From a bacterium (lineage in GTDB: Bacteria > UBA8248 > JACPRG01 > G963555815), in contig CAUVWX020000002.1 of NCBI GenBank assembly GCA_963555815.3, forward strand, positions 320,001 through 384,000: a stretch of 64,000 nt of DNA, written 5' to 3'. Numbering within the stretch: position 1 is the stretch's first letter; each line of letters starts with the position of its first letter. The notes beneath the pieces are model-generated. The model was not told the DNA's origin, searched no databases, and saw only the letters and a list, made by a program, of their open reading frames with translations. Shown one piece after another: positions 21,369-32,635 of this stretch. Position numbers and translations under genes: made by a program.

Positions 21369-21394
21369 AAAACCCTGAGGCATCCAGCCTCAGG
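21369..21394 (-). terminator. Putative terminator after the DUF151 gene
   Basis: CCTGAGGC-ATCCA-GCCTCAGG 8-bp stem followed by GTTTT on the minus strand. Confidence 0.5.
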
Positions 21395-21411
21395 TCCTCT
21401 GGCCAGAGCTT

Positions 21412-21915
21412 TTAGGGCTCATATTTATTGAAATCGTCCGGCTTCAAGTTCTCCAGCCAATTCTTCCAATCTTCACCCATCTCCTCATTGGACTCCTTGC
21501 CGGCCACCTGTTCGGTGAAATCGATGCTGCGCGCCTCCTCGATCACCTTCGTCTCCACAAAGATGGGGGCGTTCACCCGCAGGGCGAGGGCGATGGCGTC
21601 TGATGGGCGGGAGTCGACCAGGACTTCCGAGCCGTTGAAGTTCAATGAGATGACGGCGTAGAAGGTATTGTCCTTTAGGTCATTTACGACCACTCGGTTT
21701 ACGTGGGCTGTGATTCCCTCCAGGATGTTCTTGATGAGATCATGGGTCATCGGACGGGGTGTCGTTACCTGCTCCATCTCGAGGGCGATGGCGTTCGCTT
21801 CAAAGATCCCCACCCAGATGGGAAGGGCCTTCTTCCCCTCGAGATCCTTGAGAATCACGATGGGCATGTTGGTTAAGGGGTCGAGTGTCAGCCCCTTGAC
21901 TTTCATCTCTATCAT
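21412..21915 (-). CDS. Bifunctional nuclease family protein (DUF151)
   Basis: [33 protein letters not shown]. Confidence 0.92.
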   Translation of the reverse strand: MIEMKVKGLTLDPLTNMPIVILKDLEGKKALPIWVGIFEANAIALEMEQVTTPRPMTHDLIKNILEGITAHVNRVVVNDLKDNTFYAVISLNFNGSEVLVDSRPSDAIALALRVNAPIFVETKVIEEARSIDFTEQVAGKESNEEMGEDWKNWLENLKPDDFNKYEP

Positions 21916-21946
21916 GAGTCCCTCCTCCCTTTCCTCCTCCTTGGGG

Positions 21947-23260
21947 CTAGGCCGCCCGGCCTTCTAGGCTATGAACTCCGCCTCGAGTGATGGTAACCGG
22001 GATCAGGTGCCCGATCAGCCGTTCCGGCCCTGGGAAATTGACCACCTTATTGGTCCGAGTCCGCCCGGTGAGCTTCTCTGGCCCCTTGGCGCTCGGGCCT
22101 TCGACTAGAACCTCTTGCTCGTGCCCAACGATCTCCTGGTTTTTTTGTAGGGAGATCTTAAGCTGAAGCCCCACCAGATGGTCAAATCTTTCCTTCTTGA
22201 CCTCCTCCGGGATCCGGTCCGGCATCCCGGCCGCCGGGGTGGCGGGTCGCAGCGAGTACTTAAAAATAAAGAAGCTGTCGTATCTGACCTCTTCCAAGAC
22301 CTCGCGGGTGGCCTCGTGGTCTTCCGGGGTTTCCCCGGGGAAGCCGACGATAAGGTCTGTCGTGATGGACACATTGGGAATGGCCCGCCGGAGGGCGGAA
22401 ATCTTGCTCACATATTCTGAAGCCGTGTAGCACCTGGCCATCCGCTCCAGCACTCGGTCCGAGCCGGACTGGAGGGGAAGATGCAGGTGTTCGCACACCT
22501 TCTCCTCTTCTGCCATGACCTCGATCAGGGCCGGAGAGAAATCCTTGGGATGAGAGGTGGTGAACCGAACCCGCTCGATCCCGTCCACCCGAGCCACACG
22601 TCGCAGAAGCTCTGGAAAGGTGGAATCTCCTGAGAAATCCCGACCGTAGGAGTTTACATTCTGCCCCAGGAGAGTCACTTCCTTGAAGCCCTGCTCGACG
22701 AGATCGCGGACCTCCTCCAAGATGGCGGCCCCGGGTTTGCTCACCTCCCGCCCCCGCGTCGCAGGGACGACGCAGAAACTGCAGTCATTGTTGCACCCGG
22801 TGGAGACGCTGACAAAGGCCTTCAGGTGGCCCTGACGCAGGATGGGCGTATCGATATCCCAGTCAAAGGGAACCGCCTCGACATCGGAGATTGCCTGGCC
22901 TTCCACCTCCAGCCGCCCCAAAAGTTCAGGTAGTTTCGAGATGTTCTTGGTGCCAAAGACCAGATCCACCGCCGGGGCCTTGCGAATGATCTCCTCTCCA
23001 ACCCGTGTGGCCACACAGCCGCAAACCCCGATCCGGAGGCCGGGGTTTTTCGCTTTAAGGGCACGAAGCCTCCCGATCTGGCTGTAGACCTTCTGTTCTG
23101 ATTTCTCGCGGATGCTGCAAGTGTTGAGGAGGATGAGATCTGCTTGGGAGGCGTCGTCGGTGGGCTCGAAGTCTTGACTCTCCAGGATCCCGGAGATCCG
23201 CTCCGAGTCATACTTATTCATCTGGCAGCCGTAGGTGATGATTGTGTATTTTTTGCCCAT
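21947..23260 (-). CDS. miaB: tRNA-2-methylthio-N6-dimethylallyladenosine synthase
   Basis: TYGCQMN, NTCSIRE, GCV, radical [31 protein letters not shown]-terminal TRAM domain. Confidence 0.95.
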   Translation of the reverse strand: MGKKYTIITYGCQMNKYDSERISGILESQDFEPTDDASQADLILLNTCSIREKSEQKVYSQIGRLRALKAKNPGLRIGVCGCVATRVGEEIIRKAPAVDLVFGTKNISKLPELLGRLEVEGQAISDVEAVPFDWDIDTPILRQGHLKAFVSVSTGCNNDCSFCVVPATRGREVSKPGAAILEEVRDLVEQGFKEVTLLGQNVNSYGRDFSGDSTFPELLRRVARVDGIERVRFTTSHPKDFSPALIEVMAEEEKVCEHLHLPLQSGSDRVLERMARCYTASEYVSKISALRRAIPNVSITTDLIVGFPGETPEDHEATREVLEEVRYDSFFIFKYSLRPATPAAGMPDRIPEEVKKERFDHLVGLQLKISLQKNQEIVGHEQEVLVEGPSAKGPEKLTGRTRTNKVVNFPGPERLIGHLIPVTITRGGVHSLEGRAA

Positions 23261-23579
23261 AGGGTGAAGCCTGTAAACGGGGCTGAATCCAATGACCAAT
23301 CGGTAGCTGTAATATAAGTAGCCCCCAAAACCTTGTCAAGCCACCAAGAACGCGGATAGCTTTTTGGTGATCTCCCAATATCTTTGGGAAACCAGCCCAA
23401 TCGCCCTCCCCTGTCAAAGCCTTGAAGTGGAATCCCTTGTCCGACAAAGAGGGTATATGATATTGTGCCTGGGTGGGAAACGTTGAGGCAAAGCCTGCAA
23501 GGCGAACCCCTGCTTTTATGGATGGACTTTGTCTCTTTTGGTCTGAGAAAACCTCGTCTCCTTCCAGGGGGCCGGGACG

Positions 23580-23816
23580 GTGCTGACCTACGGGGCCATT
23601 ACGCTCCGCCTCCTTGTTGCGGCGCTCCTCGGGGCTCTCGAGGAAACCCTGCAGGACTCGGGGGTGTCGGTGACCAGCATCCAGTTCCAACGGGACCGCT
23701 CTCCGGATCAGATTGAGATCCAGGCGGTCGTGAAAGTGCCGGACGACTTTCGCCCGATCGCCTTAACGGCCTCATTACGGAACCTTGAAGCCGTCAGTGA
23801 AGTGGAGGTTCGCTAG
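23580..23816 (+). pseudogene. MgtC/SapB-like remnant with the membrane domain deleted
   Basis: ITLRLLVAALLGA (MgtC first helix) joined directly to an ACT-like C-terminal segment; only 78 aa. Confidence 0.55.
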
Positions 23817-23818
23817 AG

Positions 23819-24592
23819 ATGAGAAGGGCACTTTACGTCGTCATCCCCTTTTTGCTCATGGTCCTGCTGCCCGGTGTTGGGGTCTCCGAGTCAATCGTCG
23901 AGACCTGGCCGCAGCCTTCAGGCCCCAAGGAAGCCCCCGCCGGCTGGGAGCTCAAGGAGTCGACCGGTTCCGTCTCTGAAGGAGACATCACCGTGGAGGA
24001 TGAAGGAGGAAAAGCCATTCTCCACCTCAAGAGCCGCGACAACTCCTATTTCGTGGGCCGGGAGGATCTCAAGATCGATTTGCAAAAAACTCCCCTGCTC
24101 ACCTGGCGGTGGAAAGTCAGCACCCTTCCCATGGGTGCTGACGCCCGGGATACAGACACCCTTGACTCCGGCATCGCCCTCCACGTCACCTTCGATCCCG
24201 AAGAAGCGGGCGAGAGACGCGCCATCGGATACCTCTGGGACGGTAACACCCCAAGGTGCGGCTATTTGCTCAACCCGAGGGAAAAATCCTTCTTCAAGCG
24301 AAGGGCCTTTCGGTTAGCCGGAGTTCCGGTCACTTGGTTCGTCATCCTGCAAAATGAAGAGACCCCAACGGACATGTGGCTCACCGAGACCCGGGATGTC
24401 GCTCAGGACTACCGCCAGATCTTCAACGCTCCGCCCCCTTCAGTGGTCGCCGTCGCCGTTCAGATCGACTCGGGCGACACCGGCACGAGCGCCGAAAGCT
24501 TCGCCGGCCCCATTGCCTTCCAGTCGTCAGGCGCCGGGTCAGAGGAGAACCACCAAGAGGCCCCCTGCACCATTCACGCCCTTGAGCAATAA
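23819..24592 (+). CDS. DUF3047 family exported protein
   Basis: Signal peptide; TPLLTWRWKV..LP.GAD, W..E.RDV..DY..IF, DS.DT...AE.F. Confidence 0.8.
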   Translation: MRRALYVVIPFLLMVLLPGVGVSESIVETWPQPSGPKEAPAGWELKESTGSVSEGDITVEDEGGKAILHLKSRDNSYFVGREDLKIDLQKTPLLTWRWKVSTLPMGADARDTDTLDSGIALHVTFDPEEAGERRAIGYLWDGNTPRCGYLLNPREKSFFKRRAFRLAGVPVTWFVILQNEETPTDMWLTETRDVAQDYRQIFNAPPPSVVAVAVQIDSGDTGTSAESFAGPIAFQSSGAGSEENHQEAPCTIHALEQ

Positions 24593-25562
24593 GCACTATG
24601 TCGGAATCGACCTTGGAGGGACAAACCTCAAGGCCTCTCTCATCGATGAGACGGGAGAGGTGGTGGACTCTCTCCACCGTCCTTCCCGGCTTCCGGGGGA
24701 TCGTGACGCTCTCCGTGAAAACCTCCTCGGCGCTGTCCGCCATCTAATCTCCCCCCAAAACCCCCCCCCTCCCCTTCAGGAAGGGGGAATTACCCTTGCA
24801 GGCGTGGGCGTAGGTGTGCCGGGCATCCTCGACCTGGCCTCGGGGACTCTGCTGGCCGCCCCGCATCTCCCGGAAGGTGTGAACCTCCCCATTCGGCAGA
24901 TGTTGGAGGAGGCCTTCGAAGTAAAAGTCTCTATCGACAACGACGCCAATACCATGGCCCTGGGCGAGTTTTGGAAGGGGGCCGGCCGGGACACCCAGAC
25001 CTTGGTGGTGTTGACCCTGGGGACGGGGGTCGGAAGCGGCATCATCCTGGAGGGGCGAATGTGGCGGGGGGCCCAGGGGAAAGGGGCCGAGATTGGGCAC
25101 ATGACCATCGCGGAGGAAGGCCCGAGGTGCGCCTGCGGCAGCCGGGGGTGCCTTGACGCCCTCGTCTCGTCAGGGGCCCTGCTCCAAAGGGCTCAACTCG
25201 AGATGAAAAAAGACCCCTCCTCATCGCTTCACTCCGCGAGCCCGCTCACGTCCGAAGCCGTCGCCCAGGCCGCGCGCGAAGGGGACAACGTGGCCATCGC
25301 CGTCCTGGCAAAGATCGGCTATTACCTCGGGATCGGGCTTGCCAACGTGGCCAACATATTCAACCCTGAGATGATTATCCTGGCGGGCGGTGTGGCCCGG
25401 GCCGGTGAGGCCCTTGTCCGTCCCGCCGAGGAAGAGATGCGAAAAAGGGCCTTTTCGGCCGTAACAGAGGACCTTGAGCTCAGAGAGAGCGAGCTGGGCG
25501 ACCTGGCCGGTGCCTTGGGCGCTGTTTACCCTATTATCAAAGGGATAGAGCTTAATTGCTGA
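24582..25562 (+). CDS. ROK family sugar kinase (glucokinase-like)
   Basis: GIDLGGT, GVGVPG, DNDAN..ALGE, TLGTGVG.G, EIGH, CACGSRGC; start uncertain (TTG at 24582). Confidence 0.9.
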   Translation: MSNKHYVGIDLGGTNLKASLIDETGEVVDSLHRPSRLPGDRDALRENLLGAVRHLISPQNPPPPLQEGGITLAGVGVGVPGILDLASGTLLAAPHLPEGVNLPIRQMLEEAFEVKVSIDNDANTMALGEFWKGAGRDTQTLVVLTLGTGVGSGIILEGRMWRGAQGKGAEIGHMTIAEEGPRCACGSRGCLDALVSSGALLQRAQLEMKKDPSSSLHSASPLTSEAVAQAAREGDNVAIAVLAKIGYYLGIGLANVANIFNPEMIILAGGVARAGEALVRPAEEEMRKRAFSAVTEDLELRESELGDLAGALGAVYPIIKGIELNC

Positions 25563-25659
25563 AGTCAATTATTCGATATAAAGTGGCCATCACGATGGCG
25601 CAAGCCATCCGGCGAAAGGCGCGCTCGTCGCTAAAAGAAAAAGATGTCGGGAAGGGGTT

Positions 25660-26511
25660 TTAGGCGGGCGGGTTACCCTTTGGGTCCTTTGGGTTTTCCA
25701 CGAGCGGAATATAGGTCTCAGGGCGTCGGTCTTTTAGATAGCCCCACTCCTGGCGAATAGCCTCGATGGCGTCCAAGTCCACCTCAGCCAGCACCACGCC
25801 GTCGTGAAGGCCGGTCGGCGCACCGAGAAGCTCCCCATTGGGATCGCTACAAAAACTTTGGCCGTAGAAGTCTTGGTGATTCTCGCTCCCCACCCGGTTC
25901 ACCCGAAGCACATAGAGGCCGTTCGTGATGGCGTGGGCCTTGAGGACCGTCTCCCAGCGGGCCTGGGAGGCGAAAGCGGCTGCTGTGGGAGTGCAGATGA
26001 TCTGGGCTCCTGCCAGGGCGAGTGCGCGCATCCCCTCGGGGAAAAAGACATCCCAGGAAATCTGAATCCCGATGCGCCCGAACTCCGTCTCAAAGACGGG
26101 AAAGCCAAGGTCTCCGGACTCAAAATAGGAACGCTCCTCCCACAAGGAGAAATGCGGGACATGGACCTTTCGATACCGGCCGAGGATCTGTCCCCCCGAG
26201 TCCAGGACAACGGCCGAGTTGAACCCCCCTCCCCCATCGACCCGTTCATAAAGGGGGGCAACGACGACGGCCCCCCAGCGACGGGCCGCCTTGCTCAGGG
26301 TGTCTGTGGTGGGACCGGGAATGGGCTCGGCCAGCTCTTTCGCTTCGGAGTCTGTCTGGCAGGGAAACCAGTGGGTCTGGAAGAGTTCTTGAAAGCAGAT
26401 AATCCGCGCCCCCCCCTCGGCGGCCAGATCGCCCAGCTCTAAGGCCTTCGAGAGGTTGCGTGCCTTCTCGGATGTGCAGTGAAATTGAACGCCCGCGATC
26501 CGAAAGGTCAC
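25660..26511 (-). CDS. Carbon-nitrogen hydrolase (nitrilase superfamily)
   Basis: FQELF (Glu), YRKVHVP (Lys), NRVG, FYGQSF; nucleophile motif reads ISWD rather than ICWD. Confidence 0.9.
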   Translation of the reverse strand: MTFRIAGVQFHCTSEKARNLSKALELGDLAAEGGARIICFQELFQTHWFPCQTDSEAKELAEPIPGPTTDTLSKAARRWGAVVVAPLYERVDGGGGFNSAVVLDSGGQILGRYRKVHVPHFSLWEERSYFESGDLGFPVFETEFGRIGIQISWDVFFPEGMRALALAGAQIICTPTAAAFASQARWETVLKAHAITNGLYVLRVNRVGSENHQDFYGQSFCSDPNGELLGAPTGLHDGVVLAEVDLDAIEAIRQEWGYLKDRRPETYIPLVENPKDPKGNPPA

Positions 26512-26584
26512 GGGCTATGGACTCCCCCTCAATGCCTGGTCTTCCTCGCGTGCGAACAAATCCACCGCGCCTCCCCTGATCATC

Positions 26585-29395
26585 CTAGACACTTCGTCCG
26601 CAGCAGTGCTTGTGTTTTTTCCCGCTCCCGCAGGGGCAGGGCTCATTTCGCCCGATCTTTGGTCCCTGACGCCTTAACGTCTGAACCTTGGGGGTTTCCT
26701 TGGCTTCCTTCGCCGCCTTGGGCTCGGTCGCCACGGCCACCTCACTGCCCCGATGCTCAAACATCCGCTGCTGGGTTCTGGGCCGTGCCGCTGGCATGCG
26801 CTCGTCACGGGAGGCGGGGCGGAACTTGAGCAGGTACGCAGGGGCCTCCTCCCGGATCCGATTCACCATGACCATGAACATCTCATAGCCCTCTCGCTTG
26901 TACTCGTTGAGGGGGTTCTTCTGGGCATAGCCCCGAAAGCCGATCCCCTCCTTTAGGTGGTCCATGGCCAGGAGATGGTCTTTCCACTGCGTGTCGACGA
27001 CCTGAAGCATGATGAGGCGCTCGATGAACCGGAGGCCCTCGGCGCCCATCTCAGCCTCCTTCGCATCGTAGGCGGCCTGGAGGCTGGAGAGCATATACTC
27101 ACCCAGCTCCTCTTGGGAGATCTCCTCCAGGTTGATCCAGCGCTCGTTCGCGTTGAGGGCCATCATCGAACCCTTTAGCTCAATTTGGAGGCCGAAATGG
27201 CGATTCAGGGCTTCGGCAAAATCCTGAAGGTTCCACTCGTCCGGATGAACCTCTGGGTCGAGATGCGTGGCAATCAGTTTCTCCAGGACATCGCCGATCA
27301 TTTCAAAGAGAAGCTCGCGGGGGTTCTCCGCATCAATGATCTGGCATCTCTGGTCGTAGATCACCTCTCGCTGCTTGTTCATCACATCGTCATATTCCAA
27401 GAGATGCTTTCGGATTTCAAAATGGTGGGTTTCGACCTTCTTCTGGGCACTTTCAATGGCCTTCGTCACCAGCCCATGCTCGATGGGTTCTCCCTCCTGC
27501 ATCCCGAGTTTTCCCATCAGGCCGCTAATGCGGTCGGAACCGAAGATTCGAAGAAGGTCGTCTTCAAGGGAAAGATAGAACCGGGAGGAACCGGGGTCCC
27601 CTTGGCGCCCCGCCCGACCCCGCAGCTGGTTGTCAATGCGGCGGCTCTCGTGGCGCTCGGTCCCGAAGATATGAAGACCCTGGAGTTTCACCACTTCGTC
27701 ATGCTCTTTCTGACACTGGGCCCGGTATTTCTCTAAGGCCTTTTGATACTCGGGAGCTTCGATATCCCCGCCCGCCGACTGTTTGGCGAGGTATTCCGGG
27801 TTTCCCCCAAGGAGGATGTCTGTCCCGCGCCCGGCCATGTTGGTGGAGATGGTGATGGCGCCCAGGCGGCCCGCCTGGGCCACGATCTCCGCTTCCTTGG
27901 AATGGTGTTTTGCATTGAGCACATGGTGGGGGATCCCCCGGCGTTCCAGGAGCCGCGAGAGCCTTTCAGACCTCTCAATAGAAATGGTGCCGACCAGGAC
28001 TGGCCGGCGCTTCTCATAGAGCTCGGCGAGCTCCTCCACGGCGGCGTTGAACTTCTCTCGTTCCGTGCGATAAATCACGTCTGGAGAGTTGTATCGGATA
28101 AGGGGTTGGTTGGTGGGGATGACGATCACGTCGAGATTGTAAATCTGAGCAAACTCGGCAGCCTCTGTGTCCGCTGTCCCCGTCATCCCCGCCAGCTTGT
28201 TGTACATTCGAAAGTAGTTCTGAAAGGTGATGGTGGCGAGGGTCTGGTTCTCGTTCTCAATCTTGACGCGCTCTTTGGCCTCAAGGGCCTGGTGGAGCCC
28301 GTCGCTGTAGCGCCGTCCCGGCATGAGACGGCCGGTAAACTCGTCCACGATGATGACCTGGCCGTCTTTGACGACATAGTCCGCGTCCCCTTCGAAGAGG
28401 ACATGGGCCTTGAGGGCCTGGTTGACGTGGTGTTGCACATCCATGTTGTCCAGGTCAAAGAGGCCTCCGGAGTTCAAGAGTCCGGACTTGCGAAGGGCCT
28501 GTTCCGCCTCGGGCATCCCGCGTTCGTTCAGACTGACCGTGCGGCTCTTTTCATCCACCGTGAGGTATTCGTACTTGATCTTGCTGATGGCGTCCCGCTC
28601 CGAGGGGGTCTCTTCCTCCTCCTCCTTCGCTTCCACGGGTCCGGTCCGCTGCTTGAGGAGGTGAGGGATGATCCGGTCAATCAGGTAGTACTTGTCAGTG
28701 GACTCCTCGGCGGGGCCGGAGATGATGAGGGGGGTCCTGGACTCGTCGACGAGGATGCTGTCCACCTCGTCCACGATGGCGTAATGGAGCGCCCGCTGGA
28801 CCATCTCCTGGCGGCTGAACTTCATGTTGTCCCTGAGGTAATCGAAGCCAAACTCGTTATTCGTTCCGTAGGTGACGTCGGCCTGATAGGCGGCCTGGCG
28901 GCTCGCATCATCCATGTCATGCTGGACGGCCCCCACCGAGAACCCCAGTGCATGGTAGATGGGTTCCATCCACTCGGCGTCCCGCCGGGCCAGATAGTCG
29001 TTCACGGTGATGATGTGGACCCCTTTTCCCGTGAGCCCATTCAGGTAGACGGGAAGCGTCGCCACCAGGGTCTTCCCCTCCCCGGTCTTCATCTCAGCGA
29101 TCTTCCCCTCATGGAGGGTCGCCCCGCCGATGAGCTGGACGTCGAAGTGCCGCAGTTGAGTGGTGCGACAGGATGCCTCCCGCACCGCCGCAAAGGCCTC
29201 ACAGAGAAGGTCCTCCATGCTCTCTCCATCAGCGAGACGGGCCTTGAACTCATCCGTCTTGGCCCTCAGCTCTGCGTCTGAGAGGGCCTGGAAACCAGGC
29301 TCCAGGGAGTTGATCCTCTCCACGTGGGCCCCGATTCGCTTCACCTCGCGCTGATTCTTGGAGGGGATGAACTTTCTCACGAACTTCACAAACAT
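26585..29395 (-). CDS. secA: Preprotein translocase ATPase SecA
   Basis: [48 protein letters not shown]-terminal [11 protein letters not shown]. Confidence 0.98.
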   Translation of the reverse strand: MFVKFVRKFIPSKNQREVKRIGAHVERINSLEPGFQALSDAELRAKTDEFKARLADGESMEDLLCEAFAAVREASCRTTQLRHFDVQLIGGATLHEGKIAEMKTGEGKTLVATLPVYLNGLTGKGVHIITVNDYLARRDAEWMEPIYHALGFSVGAVQHDMDDASRQAAYQADVTYGTNNEFGFDYLRDNMKFSRQEMVQRALHYAIVDEVDSILVDESRTPLIISGPAEESTDKYYLIDRIIPHLLKQRTGPVEAKEEEEETPSERDAISKIKYEYLTVDEKSRTVSLNERGMPEAEQALRKSGLLNSGGLFDLDNMDVQHHVNQALKAHVLFEGDADYVVKDGQVIIVDEFTGRLMPGRRYSDGLHQALEAKERVKIENENQTLATITFQNYFRMYNKLAGMTGTADTEAAEFAQIYNLDVIVIPTNQPLIRYNSPDVIYRTEREKFNAAVEELAELYEKRRPVLVGTISIERSERLSRLLERRGIPHHVLNAKHHSKEAEIVAQAGRLGAITISTNMAGRGTDILLGGNPEYLAKQSAGGDIEAPEYQKALEKYRAQCQKEHDEVVKLQGLHIFGTERHESRRIDNQLRGRAGRQGDPGSSRFYLSLEDDLLRIFGSDRISGLMGKLGMQEGEPIEHGLVTKAIESAQKKVETHHFEIRKHLLEYDDVMNKQREVIYDQRCQIIDAENPRELLFEMIGDVLEKLIATHLDPEVHPDEWNLQDFAEALNRHFGLQIELKGSMMALNANERWINLEEISQEELGEYMLSSLQAAYDAKEAEMGAEGLRFIERLIMLQVVDTQWKDHLLAMDHLKEGIGFRGYAQKNPLNEYKREGYEMFMVMVNRIREEAPAYLLKFRPASRDERMPAARPRTQQRMFEHRGSEVAVATEPKAAKEAKETPKVQTLRRQGPKIGRNEPCPCGSGKKHKHCCGRSV

Positions 29396-29513
29396 GTCGT
29401 CTTCCCTAACAGGGTGTTTCACCTACCCTGGCGGACAGCTCCCTCCGCCGCCGATGGCGTTGAATATAGGAACTGAGAGCCCGATTTGCCAAGGGCAAAA
29501 TAGGCCCCCGGTC

Positions 29514-30281
29514 TTATTGGGTTGACCAGAGACGTTGCTGGAGAACCCAGGTGGTGGTCAGGAGCATCAGGACAATCCCCACCATCTGAGCTGCCCGGAA
29601 AGGCCCCAGCATCAAGCTATCTGCGCGGAAGGCCTCCACAACCAGGCGGCCTGCGGAATAAAGACCGACATAAAGAGCAAAGATGAACCCATCTCGATGG
29701 GGCCGCTTTCGAAGCTGCCAGAGAAGGACAAACCAAACGAGATTTAAGAGGAGTTCGTAAAGCATGGTGGGGTGGAGGGGGATCCCGGGGAATTGCTGGC
29801 CAGCGATGCTCTCCCTCGAGAAGACGATCCCCCAGGGTCTGGAGGTGGGGACGCCGTGGGCATCGCCGTTCATAAAGTTTCCGAACCGGCCGAGGGCTTG
29901 TCCCAGGATCAGGCTTGGAGCGATGGCGTCGGCCAACCGAAGGAAGGGAAATTTCCGGCGGCTTGCAAACCAAAGGGAGTAGAGGAAGCCGGCGATGACC
30001 CCGCCGTGGACGGCCAGACCCCCATGCCAGATGGCGGGGATCTCCGTAGGGTATTGGCCGTAAAAATCCCAGTTGAAGCTAACATAATAAACCCTCGCCC
30101 CAAGAATGCCGGCAAAGAGGGCAAGGAGGCCGAAGTTTGAGACATCGTCCTTCGTCAGTCCGAGGCCGAGGCGGTTTGACTCCATCTGGAGCAGTTTAAC
30201 GCCGACAAGGAGAGCGATGACGTACATGAGGCCGTAGTAACGGATCATGACGGGGCCAAATTCAAACAGGATAGGATCCAC
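29514..30281 (-). CDS. lgt: Prolipoprotein diacylglyceryl transferase
   Basis: RYYGLMY, GARVYYV, GGLAVHGG, GRFGNFMNG, HPTMLYE, EAFR. Confidence 0.95.
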   Translation of the reverse strand: MDPILFEFGPVMIRYYGLMYVIALLVGVKLLQMESNRLGLGLTKDDVSNFGLLALFAGILGARVYYVSFNWDFYGQYPTEIPAIWHGGLAVHGGVIAGFLYSLWFASRRKFPFLRLADAIAPSLILGQALGRFGNFMNGDAHGVPTSRPWGIVFSRESIAGQQFPGIPLHPTMLYELLLNLVWFVLLWQLRKRPHRDGFIFALYVGLYSAGRLVVEAFRADSLMLGPFRAAQMVGIVLMLLTTTWVLQQRLWSTQ

Positions 30282-30355
30282 GGCCTTCCTCTTCTTCTAA
30301 ACCCCTCGGTGGTAAATCTCCCCGGATCTCCTCGCCAGAAATTCGGGCCATGCCC

Positions 30356-31768
30356 TCAGCGGGGGTCGTGGAGAATCATGAAGGAATTTCGACCTCCCCG
30401 GTTGACGAGGACCAAGACATCCATGGGGGCCTCGGCCAGGGCGTCTCTGAACTCCTTCTCGTTCGAGACGGTCGCCCCCTCAACCCTGGAGATAATGTCC
30501 CCCACTCGAAGCCCATCGAAGGCTGCCCCGCTGTTGGGAAGGATGGTGGAGACCCGGACTCCCGTGGTGTCGGTAGCCTGTTCGTGAAGGCGGGCCGCCT
30601 CCTGGTCTGTGAGCCCCTCGACCGATAGGCCGTATTCCGCAGGCGGAGCATCTACGGGCTGGATCCTCTCGCTGGGCCGGCCATCCTCTTCCAATTCCGC
30701 CATGATGACTTCTAGACGCTCAGGCTGCCCCTGCCGGAGGACCGTCAGGGTGACCCTGTTGCCCGGTGGGGTGGCGGCGGCGAGCCGCTGCAGAGCAGGG
30801 ACATCCTTTACGGGCGTTCCGTCATAGTTCCAGATCACGTCTCCCTGCTGGATGCCCGCCTGGGCGGCAGGTCCGTCCTCCAGTACGTCGCCTACCAGGG
30901 CCCCCCTGGGCTCAGGTGCGTGGAACTTTCCCGCTATCTCCGGGGTGACGGACTGGATGAGGACTCCCAGGAATCCCCGAACGACTCGGCCGTCTGCGAT
31001 GAGACTCTCTGCGACTTGGCGGGCCATATTGATGGGGATGGCAAATCCAATGCCACCACCTCGAACCAGGACCGCCGTATTGATCCCGATGACCTCTCCA
31101 TCCAGGTTAATGAGGGGACCACCGGAATTTCCGGGGCTGATGGCAGCATCCGTTTGGATGAAGTTCTCATAGTGGGTGATACCCATTCCGCTTCGTCCGA
31201 TGCCGCTGACGACTCCCACCGTGACCGTGCGCTCCAGCCCAAAGGGATGGCCGATGGCAATGGCCCACTGCCCCTTGCGAAGCTGGTCAGAGTCTCCAAG
31301 GTGGGCGACCGGCAGAGGGGCGCCTTTGGGGTGAATCCGGACCACTGCGAGGTCAGTCCGAGGGTCCGTCCCGACAGTTTCTCCGAAGTATTCACGCCCG
31401 TCGAGCAGAAGTACGCGGATCCTCCCTGCGCCCTGAACCACATGGTTGTTGGTCAGGATGTAGCCCCGGGAGTCGAAAATGATACCCGAGCCCGTCCCCC
31501 GTCTTGGGTAGTCTCTGGGGGGCGGCTGGGGGAGCCCTGGGGTGTCGGGGTGCTGAGTCCCTCTCGAGGTCCCAAGGTTGACCACGGCCGGGGCGACGTC
31601 CTCGGCAATCCGGACAAAACTTTCCTGAAGGTTCAAGGCCTCCGGGTGAGGGGCAATCTCCTCACCGGCTTGCGCTCCAGGATTTCCAAACACCAAGAGA
31701 AGAAACAGTGGCCCAGCGGACAAGAAAGAAATGACACGCCCCAGGGTTCGAAAGAACAGCATCTCCAA
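30356..31768 (-). CDS. DegP/HtrA serine protease with two PDZ domains
   Basis: TNNHVV, TDLAV, GNSGGP triad; RGFLGV PDZ domain. Confidence 0.93.
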   Translation of the reverse strand: MEMLFFRTLGRVISFLSAGPLFLLLVFGNPGAQAGEEIAPHPEALNLQESFVRIAEDVAPAVVNLGTSRGTQHPDTPGLPQPPPRDYPRRGTGSGIIFDSRGYILTNNHVVQGAGRIRVLLLDGREYFGETVGTDPRTDLAVVRIHPKGAPLPVAHLGDSDQLRKGQWAIAIGHPFGLERTVTVGVVSGIGRSGMGITHYENFIQTDAAISPGNSGGPLINLDGEVIGINTAVLVRGGGIGFAIPINMARQVAESLIADGRVVRGFLGVLIQSVTPEIAGKFHAPEPRGALVGDVLEDGPAAQAGIQQGDVIWNYDGTPVKDVPALQRLAAATPPGNRVTLTVLRQGQPERLEVIMAELEEDGRPSERIQPVDAPPAEYGLSVEGLTDQEAARLHEQATDTTGVRVSTILPNSGAAFDGLRVGDIISRVEGATVSNEKEFRDALAEAPMDVLVLVNRGGRNSFMILHDPR

Positions 31769-32149
31769 ACTCCTCAGTTCAGGGTATCTCAGACCCTATA
31801 CCGGCCCATCAAAGCAGGGGGAATTAGATTCCTAAGCATAACCGCCCCTGAACCGGCGTTTCAACCTCCTCAGGTGCATCGATCCGTTTTCATTGACCAT
31901 CAAATCCCACCATCATATTGATATTATTGTGAAATATACATTATTCCAAATCTCGTTCTGAACCTGCCTTCTACAGTCTGTAATCAAAACGAAAGCGGAT
32001 TCGTTAAAACCCCTTCGCATCTCGGCGAGTCCCTGTCGGACCATTGTGTAGCCGTCCTCCAAAGTCCGACTCCCAACAGCTTGCTTACGGTTACGCTCCG
32101 GTACCCCGCAACGTTCATTCAGGAACCACCGGTCCACACCCCATAACGG

Positions 32150-32632
32150 TCACCCGATTCGCGCCCGCGGCGCAGTCGACCACAGCGACGATGACCTTCT
32201 GAGCGGGGCGCTCGCCGGCAGTCCATTCCCAAGACGCGGATTATCGTGACCAGCAGCCCTCTCGGGTCTGGATGCTCCGCTTCTCCCGGTTCGACCTCTC
32301 ACGTTCTGCCCGTCGTCACGGTATTCTGGCCCAGCAATATGCGCCTCATCGTGATCTGAGGGAGAAGTGGCCTCAGTCAGATGTTTTTCTACATCCTTAC
32401 CGAAGCCGATGAGGCTCATCTCGAAGTTCTTTGGCTCTGTCTTCTTAATCTGCCAGATGTTGAAGTAGACGAAGCTCATGGTAAGCATATGGTAGGCGAG
32501 AAAAGCGAACTGGCACTTGCCGTAGGTGTAGTTGGTCTTGAAGGCGTCCCACAGGAAATCGACGTACTCCCGCTCTGTCGGGGTCTTGAAGGAGAGCGGC
32601 AGGTAGTCACTTAGTTCGGTGGCTTCTTCCAC
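32150..32632 (-). pseudogene. Hypothetical RM-associated gene, probably 3'-truncated
   Basis: Protein-like first ~91 aa (MEEATELSDYLPLSFKT...EATSP), then a low-complexity tail that looks out of frame; starts right after the extended hsdMS stop. Confidence 0.5.
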
Positions 32633-32635
32633 GGC

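Noticed and set aside
25585..25630. GCCATC/GATGGC alternative hairpins between convergent genes as an ncRNA
   Set aside because: Only 6-bp stems with no recognisable family features; may simply aid termination
27743..29281. Long antisense ORFs (512 aa opposite secA; also opposite degP, hsdR and tadG)
   Set aside because: Shadow ORFs expected from high-GC codon bias; no motifs
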